A stretch of DNA of 58,853 nucleotides from the NCBI GenBank assembly GCA_002793035.1, contig PFPL01000033.1, positions 1 through 58,853 of the forward strand, read 5' to 3'. The notes below the pieces were generated by a model. That model saw only the letters and a program-made list of their open reading frames with translations. It did not search any database and had not been told where the DNA came from. Every line of letters begins with the position of its first letter. The stretch's first letter is position 1. Positions 53,001 through 58,853 of this stretch are shown in pieces. Both the position numbers and the translations under genes were made by a program. This stretch comes from Candidatus Magasanikbacteria bacterium CG_4_10_14_0_2_um_filter_33_14 (GTDB taxonomy: Bacteria; Patescibacteriota; Patescibacteriia; Magasanikbacterales; UBA922).

Positions 53001-53142
53001 ATTTCTGGTTTGTTTATATTGGTCATAGTAATGTAAACATTTTATACGATTTTGTTTATATTGTGAAGTGTGATATAAACTAAATGTATTTCAATTTTTA
53101 TATTATTTTTCATAAACTATAAAACAAGCTCTTTCATATAAT

Positions 53143-53592
53143 TCAAATCTTTTTCTCCAGCACAATCTGATCATCCCAACCTTCTACTCTAGCTTTTTTG
53201 TAGAGTATTCTTTCAAAGCCGTTTTTGTAATAAAAAGAGCGAGTTCTTTTATAAGGCTCATAATCATCTTCATCTGGCAAAGTTTCTACTTCAATTGAGG
53301 TAAAACCTAATTTTTTACTTTCATTTTCTAGCCACTTCAACAATTGTTGTCCGATACCTTTTCTTTGTTTTTCTTTTTTTATACCCATCCACATTAATAA
53401 CATTTTTCCACAATAGGATGTATAACATAGGAATCCCAAAACCTTTTTGTCTTCTTTTGCTACGACCACACTGTTCAATTCGAAATCAATCTTCATGTTT
53501 TTTAATCCTTCTTCATTGAACCAATCTTTTAGATCACTAGCTATTTTTAGGGCTTCTTTTTTGTCATTTTTTGTTGCTTTGGTTATTTTCAT
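53143..53592 (-). CDS. GNAT family N-acetyltransferase
   Basis: Acetyl-CoA motif A KKEKQRKGIGQQLLKWLENESKKLG (Q/R-x-x-G-x-G/A), then YYKNGFE. Confidence 0.88.
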   Translation of the reverse strand: MKITKATKNDKKEALKIASDLKDWFNEEGLKNMKIDFELNSVVVAKEDKKVLGFLCYTSYCGKMLLMWMGIKKEKQRKGIGQQLLKWLENESKKLGFTSIEVETLPDEDDYEPYKRTRSFYYKNGFERILYKKARVEGWDDQIVLEKKI

Positions 53593-53776
53593 AGGCGTTT
53601 TAATTTAAAGTGTCTTTGATGTTTAGTGGAGAATCATTCTTGATTATCATTTCAAGTAGGAGACAATTTGTCCCCCAGTAGGAATTAAGTTCAAAATCTT
53701 TTTTTTATCATTTTTTGTTATTTAAATATATGAAAGAAAAAATAAAGATGTGAATGATTGAAGTCCAAACATCTTA

Positions 53777-56700
53777 TTAATTTACGATTAGTCTACAAAA
53801 TTTTATATAACGATCAAATAAAGAAAGACACATATTTTTATCTTCTATAACTTCGTATGATTTTATAATATTTTGGAATCCACCATGTCCGCTATTTTTA
53901 AATAAATAGTTTAATGCTTCTTGTCTTGTATTTATGTCTTTTAGAGCAATTGCAAGTGGTAAATGAAAATATTTAGAATTGCTTGTCCAAAAATCTGTGT
54001 GAGGAAAATTGTTTTTCAATAAGTAATCTAAAAGTAATTTAAGATTTTTATTTATTTCAAAAGTTTTCTGTATAAGAATTTCCCATGATCTATAAGTTTT
54101 TAATATAATTCCATTATTATAGTTATCTAATTTTTTATATTTACCCGTTATTTGCATTGATGTTTTGCAAGCTTTAACCTCCTTTATAAATTGTTCTTCT
54201 GAAATATTTCTTTTTTTCTTTAAATAAGAATTCTCATCGGTATTTTGTTTATCAAATTCTAAATTAAAAAGTTTATTGTATTTTTTGCATAATTTCTGAA
54301 AGCGTAGTTTTTCATTTCCAAAATCATCATCTCTAAGATAATAATCTATTTGTTGTTTTTGAATTTCTTCGATTTGTTTGTATGATTTTTGAAAAGCCTC
54401 TTTTTGCTCTTCTTCTGTGTATAGATTTGATTCTGTAATTTCAAGGTAAATTATAAATTTCTGTTCATAGTAATCTGATCTAGGTTTACCTTCATGCCCA
54501 TAATCTTTTCTATACTCACTCATCTCTTCCTCTATTTTTTCTACTTCTACTCCATTTTTTACTTTTGCTTTTAAAATAGATGTAATGACTTGATTTGAAA
54601 AATTATGATAACCCTTAGCCTCAATTAATTCTTTTTTAAATTGTTCTGCAAGTTCAATATTTGTGTTTGCAATAATTTCAATCACCAAATAGGGACCTCT
54701 CCATGTATGATCCCCGTCAGTAATTTGAACAACATGCATTGTTAGATCAAAAACTTCTCTCGCATAACTTTCTTTTTTCTTATTATCCACCCAGTTGTTT
54801 CTCCAAATCACTTCAAATGCATCAGTCAATAAATAACTCACGATTGTATCTTTGTGCCAACCATGTCTCAAAATTCCTTCTAAAACTGCTTTTGTGAAAT
54901 AATATTTAGCTAGTTCTTGATCAATTTTTGAGAAAAACATACTGAGATCAAAACATCTATCAACATAAGAAGGAAAATCATCGTCCCAATTTGATAATTG
55001 ATCTTCAATTAATGTTAAATCATTTTTACTTACTATTTTGGAAAATCTACTTGGAATAATACGGTTGAGTTGCAAGAAAAAACTAAACGGAATAATATTA
55101 TTTTCTTCCTTAATTAATATTTTTTTTAGTTGTAATAGTTTTTCGTCATCCTTTTCAAGAGAAAATATATTAGCCCAAAAAAATGACATATCAACCTTTA
55201 GGTATTTTCCATAATATGTTCCTTCAAAATAAAAATTGATGTAACGAATATAATCTCTCACAATTGATTCAATCTCTTTTTCTCCCTTCAATAGTGAAAT
55301 AAAATCATTAAATAATGCAGAATATAATCCAAGCTCATTATAGTAACGAAATGGGTGTCCATCTTGTTTTTTTAAAAACTTCTCAAAGGAAAATGTATCA
55401 AGTATGTATGAAACAATGGCAAAATCTCTATTTTTCTTGTTGTGAGTTAAGTCAAAGTGATCCGCATTTTTTAGTTTTTCAAACACTGGATTTACGGCTT
55501 CCTTCTCCTTTTTTGATAGCTTTATATTAAAATATCTTTTGTAAAAAAGAATAAATACATTTCTTTCGTTAATTTCTTGAGAAAACTCGTTGATAAACGA
55601 TTTGATTTTTTTATGTATGGATTTTGATTGTGCAAAAATTGGCAAATATTCAATAGATTTGAAAATTTCTAAAAGTGCCACAAATTCATATTCATCAAAA
55701 TCATCTATCAGCTTATAAAAATCATTTCTTTTTTCTTTTAAACAAACACGAAAAAATGATTTTACTAACTTTTCTTTTCCATCTTCCTTGTAGCTCCAGT
55801 CATTACTATTAGAAAAATTTTTATAATTTTCTCTAACTAAACTATCAAAAAGATCTTTTACTGTTTCATTTTTTATTACCAATCTATAATAAATCCAGTT
55901 TTCAAACTGGTTCCAAAATGGATCTTCTAATCGGTCATTTTCTTTAAGATTCTCACTAAATTTGTATTGGTCATACAAATTCATGATATTTTGTAGTTGT
56001 TGTCTGAATTCTTTTGCAATCTCTGTATTGTCTGATTTCCATAATAAAACAACGATCTCTATTAGAGAAGCAACTCCATTACCCCAAACACTTTTTAAAT
56101 AATCATTTGAACGATAATCGTTTTTGTCTTTGTTCCATTTTTCAAACTTTTTTTCCAATTCTTGAAAATCAATAGATATTTTTTCGTTAATTTGTAAATT
56201 TTCGTTTTCAAACAATTCATTAAAAATACTTTTATCTTGCGCAACTAATGCAGGAATGAATTCGCTTGAATTCATGTAATAATCATCATCAACTCCAAAC
56301 CCTTTGTGTTTGCCTAAATAAACATCTATAAGATTTAATTCAACTAATCCAGGAAGATTATTTTCTTTCTCGTATTCCTTTCTAAGGTATGGACGAAAAA
56401 GATTTTCAAGATACTCACGATTAGAAAGTATTTTTAATTCTCTGATAATGCTGGGATTTTTCTCATATTCACTTTTGAGTTTCTGAGTAAAAAAATATTC
56501 TTGGTATCTTCTATGCTGATAAATATATGATGTTTTTAATTCCGAGCTCGTAGCATATGAATTTTCAAAGAATAAATCAGCAAGATAGCTAATAATGGAA
56601 TTTGTGGCTTCATAGTCTAAACGATCAAATCTATTAAGAATAATTTTTTGAAGTTCATCTTGTGAAAAACGAAATTGAAACTTCTTGTGAAATTCAAATG

Positions 56701-58021
56701 ATATGTCTTGATTTAATCTTAAAATCTGCTCTTTCTTTGTATTTAACAAATTAAGATGTTCAATATTCTTTCTATGATTTGGATCATCTAAAAGTAAATC
56801 TATTTTCTTGTTTAAAAGATCGAGTATAGTGCTAGATTCATTCAATTCTTCTATTGTATCCCATAATAATTTAACAAGTAATATATCTCCGATTTCCTGA
56901 ACAATAGATTGATTATATTTTTTAAGTGTTTTTAATTTATCTTGCTTGGATTTGTCGTTTTTTTTTGAAAAGTAATCATTTATATACTTTTCCTCTAAAT
57001 TTGATATTTGGTACTCAATAATATCGTTGAAATAGGTTTTTGCCATTATTTTATTGAGATTACCGGAACGACAAGAAATTATAATTATTTTTGTGTTAGC
57101 TTTTTGACTAAGCTCAAACATTTGAAATAAAACATTGTCTGCAATTTTCTCATCCAATTCGTCAAGTCCATCAAAAAGGTAAATAAACCCTAATTCCTGA
57201 CTATTAACTTTAGAGTCGTTCTTTCTGCCTCTAATAATATTTTCTAATGAATCATTTATGCAATTTTTGAGATTTATTAAAACAGGCACAGCACTATTGT
57301 CTGTCAAAACTTTAACCATTTCATCTTCCTTTTTCTTATCTAGCCCCCCAAAAACCTCTAAAAGTTTGTGCATAAAAATACTTTTACCGGTTCCTGGATT
57401 CCCTGTTAATAGGAATACTTTTTTCGTTTCATTATTTAAAACTTCATTCGAAACAGTAACTTTTTCTTTTTTATCATTTACACAAGGAAGATCTAGATAT
57501 TCTTGAGATTGAATAAAAGTTAAAAGTTTTGGACTAACACTATTCTTTATAAAACCAAGCTCATCTCCAATTCCAAAATAAAGTTGGGCTAAATCTAAAT
57601 TTGAAGGTTGAGATAATTTTAAGAGAATATCCTTGTCAGTCATATATTCTATTTCTGTTTTTTGCTTTTCAGCATCTTTGTCTATATCAGTTTCATAGTT
57701 TGTTTTTTTACTACCATTTTTTGTTCTATCTTTATTGGAATAAACAAAAATTTTATCCAAATCAGGATAAAGCCTTAACCCCTTAAGAATAGAGGATTTA
57801 ACTTGTTTCCAATCAAATTTACTATCAAAAAACTTCGCTTGAAATCCATATTTTTTGCTATTAGCTTCGAATGGTTCTGTTTCAATTCCTGGCTGATTTT
57901 GATAAGAATCAATTTTTGTAATTTTTAATTCTCTGCAACACAAAAACATACAAAGATCTTCAAACGATTTTTGTTTACTTTCTCCTTTAAGTCCAAATGT
58001 ATTCCAGTCAATTTGTTGCAT
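53777..58021 (-). CDS. 1414-aa NACHT/STAND P-loop NTPase with N-terminal PD-(D/E)xK-like module and long helical C-terminal arm
   Basis: Walker A LLTGNPGTGKS (aa 204-214, nt 57380-57412), NACHT-type Walker B FIYLFDGLDELDE (aa 279-291) and IIIISCRS (aa 312-319). N-terminus FEDLC...GIETEPFE...YGFQAKFF. About 1000 aa of K/E/N/Y-rich helical sequence follow. Confidence 0.8.
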   Translation of the reverse strand: MQQIDWNTFGLKGESKQKSFEDLCMFLCCRELKITKIDSYQNQPGIETEPFEANSKKYGFQAKFFDSKFDWKQVKSSILKGLRLYPDLDKIFVYSNKDRTKNGSKKTNYETDIDKDAEKQKTEIEYMTDKDILLKLSQPSNLDLAQLYFGIGDELGFIKNSVSPKLLTFIQSQEYLDLPCVNDKKEKVTVSNEVLNNETKKVFLLTGNPGTGKSIFMHKLLEVFGGLDKKKEDEMVKVLTDNSAVPVLINLKNCINDSLENIIRGRKNDSKVNSQELGFIYLFDGLDELDEKIADNVLFQMFELSQKANTKIIIISCRSGNLNKIMAKTYFNDIIEYQISNLEEKYINDYFSKKNDKSKQDKLKTLKKYNQSIVQEIGDILLVKLLWDTIEELNESSTILDLLNKKIDLLLDDPNHRKNIEHLNLLNTKKEQILRLNQDISFEFHKKFQFRFSQDELQKIILNRFDRLDYEATNSIISYLADLFFENSYATSSELKTSYIYQHRRYQEYFFTQKLKSEYEKNPSIIRELKILSNREYLENLFRPYLRKEYEKENNLPGLVELNLIDVYLGKHKGFGVDDDYYMNSSEFIPALVAQDKSIFNELFENENLQINEKISIDFQELEKKFEKWNKDKNDYRSNDYLKSVWGNGVASLIEIVVLLWKSDNTEIAKEFRQQLQNIMNLYDQYKFSENLKENDRLEDPFWNQFENWIYYRLVIKNETVKDLFDSLVRENYKNFSNSNDWSYKEDGKEKLVKSFFRVCLKEKRNDFYKLIDDFDEYEFVALLEIFKSIEYLPIFAQSKSIHKKIKSFINEFSQEINERNVFILFYKRYFNIKLSKKEKEAVNPVFEKLKNADHFDLTHNKKNRDFAIVSYILDTFSFEKFLKKQDGHPFRYYNELGLYSALFNDFISLLKGEKEIESIVRDYIRYINFYFEGTYYGKYLKVDMSFFWANIFSLEKDDEKLLQLKKILIKEENNIIPFSFFLQLNRIIPSRFSKIVSKNDLTLIEDQLSNWDDDFPSYVDRCFDLSMFFSKIDQELAKYYFTKAVLEGILRHGWHKDTIVSYLLTDAFEVIWRNNWVDNKKKESYAREVFDLTMHVVQITDGDHTWRGPYLVIEIIANTNIELAEQFKKELIEAKGYHNFSNQVITSILKAKVKNGVEVEKIEEEMSEYRKDYGHEGKPRSDYYEQKFIIYLEITESNLYTEEEQKEAFQKSYKQIEEIQKQQIDYYLRDDDFGNEKLRFQKLCKKYNKLFNLEFDKQNTDENSYLKKKRNISEEQFIKEVKACKTSMQITGKYKKLDNYNNGIILKTYRSWEILIQKTFEINKNLKLLLDYLLKNNFPHTDFWTSNSKYFHLPLAIALKDINTRQEALNYLFKNSGHGGFQNIIKSYEVIEDKNMCLSLFDRYIKFCRLIVN

Positions 58022-58305
58022 GTGTAAAATATAATCTTTTATTTAATGTAAATAAATTGTTTTTGTGGTGATATTGAAGAGAATGTTTTTAAAATAAAAA
58101 TTTTTCATTCGTTCCTTATTCTTAAAAAGAGATTTGGAAATATATCGTCTAAAACTCACTACACCAACTCCTTAAAATAATTGCTAAATTATACTATTAT
58201 TTTTGTATAAATTTCCATTCATAATATATTTATGAATTTATTGCTTTAATAATACCACACCACCCACAATTTGCAAGTAAAAAAATACCATTTTTTTCAA
58301 AAATC

Positions 58306-58314
58306 TGTTATAAT
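58306..58314 (+). promoter_or_regulatory. extended -10 promoter element upstream of uppP
   Basis: TGtTATAAT lies 26 nt upstream of the uppP ATG. Confidence 0.5.
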
Positions 58315-58339
58315 ATAAATAGCTAATTTTTAACACTTT

Positions 58340-58853
58340 ATGACTTTTCTTCAATCTATTGTTTTGGGTATTATCCAAGGACTTACCGAATTTTTACCAG
58401 TATCTTCTTCTGCTCATTTAATCTTTTTACCTCGTTTTTTTTCTTGGGGAGAACATGATATTGCTTTTGATATAATGCTTCACTTCGGTACATTGTTTGC
58501 TGTAGTATTTTATTTTCGCAAAAAATTGTGGAAGTTGTTCTTAGCTTTTTTCAATTATCGAAAAGATGTTTCGGTGGAAGTGAAATCTAACAAGAGATTA
58601 GCTTGGCTGATTGCCTTTAGTATTATTCCTGCTGGACTTGTCGGCTTCTTCTTTTCTGATTTGATTGAAAATACTTTTCGCTCATCGTCTTTCATGGCTT
58701 TCAACCTTATTTTCTGGGGTGTTGTCTTGTTTGTAGCAGATAGATTTAGCAAAAGACAACAGAGCTTGAAAACTCTGGAAAATATTTCTTGGAAAAACAA
58801 CTTTTTTATCGCTTGTGCTCAAGCCTTGGCGCTTATCCCTGGTACTTCTAGAT
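58340..58853 (+). CDS. uppP: undecaprenyl-diphosphate phosphatase (3'-partial, runs off the window)
   Basis: My translation is MTFLQSIVLGIIQGLTEFLPVSSSAHLIFLPRFFSWGEHDIAFDIMLHFGTLFAVVFYFRKKLWK. It contains the BacA/UppP signature GLTEFLPVSSSAHL. It is absent from the ORF track because no stop is reached. Confidence 0.92.
   Translation, partial: MTFLQSIVLGIIQGLTEFLPVSSSAHLIFLPRFFSWGEHDIAFDIMLHFGTLFAVVFYFRKKLWKLFLAFFNYRKDVSVEVKSNKRLAWLIAFSIIPAGLVGFFFSDLIENTFRSSSFMAFNLIFWGVVLFVADRFSKRQQSLKTLENISWKNNFFIACAQALALIPGTSR

Noticed and set aside
1-58853. CRISPR arrays, rRNA genes, IS elements, transposases, integrases, prophage
   Set aside because: I found no regularly spaced direct repeats of 25-40 nt. 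I found no rRNA-like conserved blocks and no DDE, serine or tyrosine recombinase motifs in any ORF.
1-58853. Alternative genetic code (UGA recoding as in some CPR lineages)
   Set aside because: Conserved genes end at their expected length on TGA (for example glyQS and the DUF4012 protein). No conserved gene is interrupted by an in-frame TGA.

Overview
Low-G+C bacterial chromosomal segment, roughly one third G+C by eye (not computed). It is densely packed with about 60 CDS, almost all on the + strand. The gene style suggests a Patescibacteria/CPR-like genome; this is inference only. Supporting signs are small housekeeping genes, DUF4012/DUF2207/TMEM43-like envelope proteins, a short TsaB, several tiny GIY-YIG genes and odd tRNA loci. 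The standard genetic code fits, since TGA is used as a stop. Confidently recognised core genes are rplL (5'-partial), mreB, holB, frr, dtd, glyQS, tpiA, bcp, mutM, typA, rpmG and uppP (3'-partial). Also present are glycosyltransferases, DMT/MATE/LysE/amino-acid transporters, an MscS channel, an M16 peptidase and a histidine kinase plus receiver pair. I parsed five tRNA genes by hand: Thr-UGU, Tyr-GUA, Val-UAC, Thr-GGU and Trp-CCA. Items worth a second look: (1) A minority-strand island at 51.9-58.0 kb with a RhuM-like gene, a GNAT and a 1414-aa NACHT/STAND NTPase carrying an N-terminal nuclease-like module, a candidate NLR-type defence gene. (2) An operon at 17.6-21.7 kb pairing an N-terminally truncated Mur-ligase, which as I remember it resembles the cyanophycin-synthetase M domain, with a RimK-type ATP-grasp, two small orphan proteins and a TMEM43-like membrane protein. 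(3) A PKD-7TM protein next to an ATP-grasp::DUF1704 (QEGLA/HExxH) fusion at 43.0-46.9 kb. (4) tRNA loci littered with exact partial tRNA duplicates that carry GC-rich TCCCGA-N-TCGGGA hairpins, including a GIY-YIG ORF bracketed by two copies of the 5' half of tRNA-Val. (5) A T-box-like antiterminator/terminator module upstream of glyQS with a reduced Stem I and a large GC-rich insertion, preceded by a separate unidentified structured RNA. (6) A second promoter-to-terminator GC-rich RNA candidate at 37.8-38.1 kb, beside a two-gene cassette whose C/G-ending codons look foreign to this genome. No CRISPR array, rRNA, transposase or integrase is visible.
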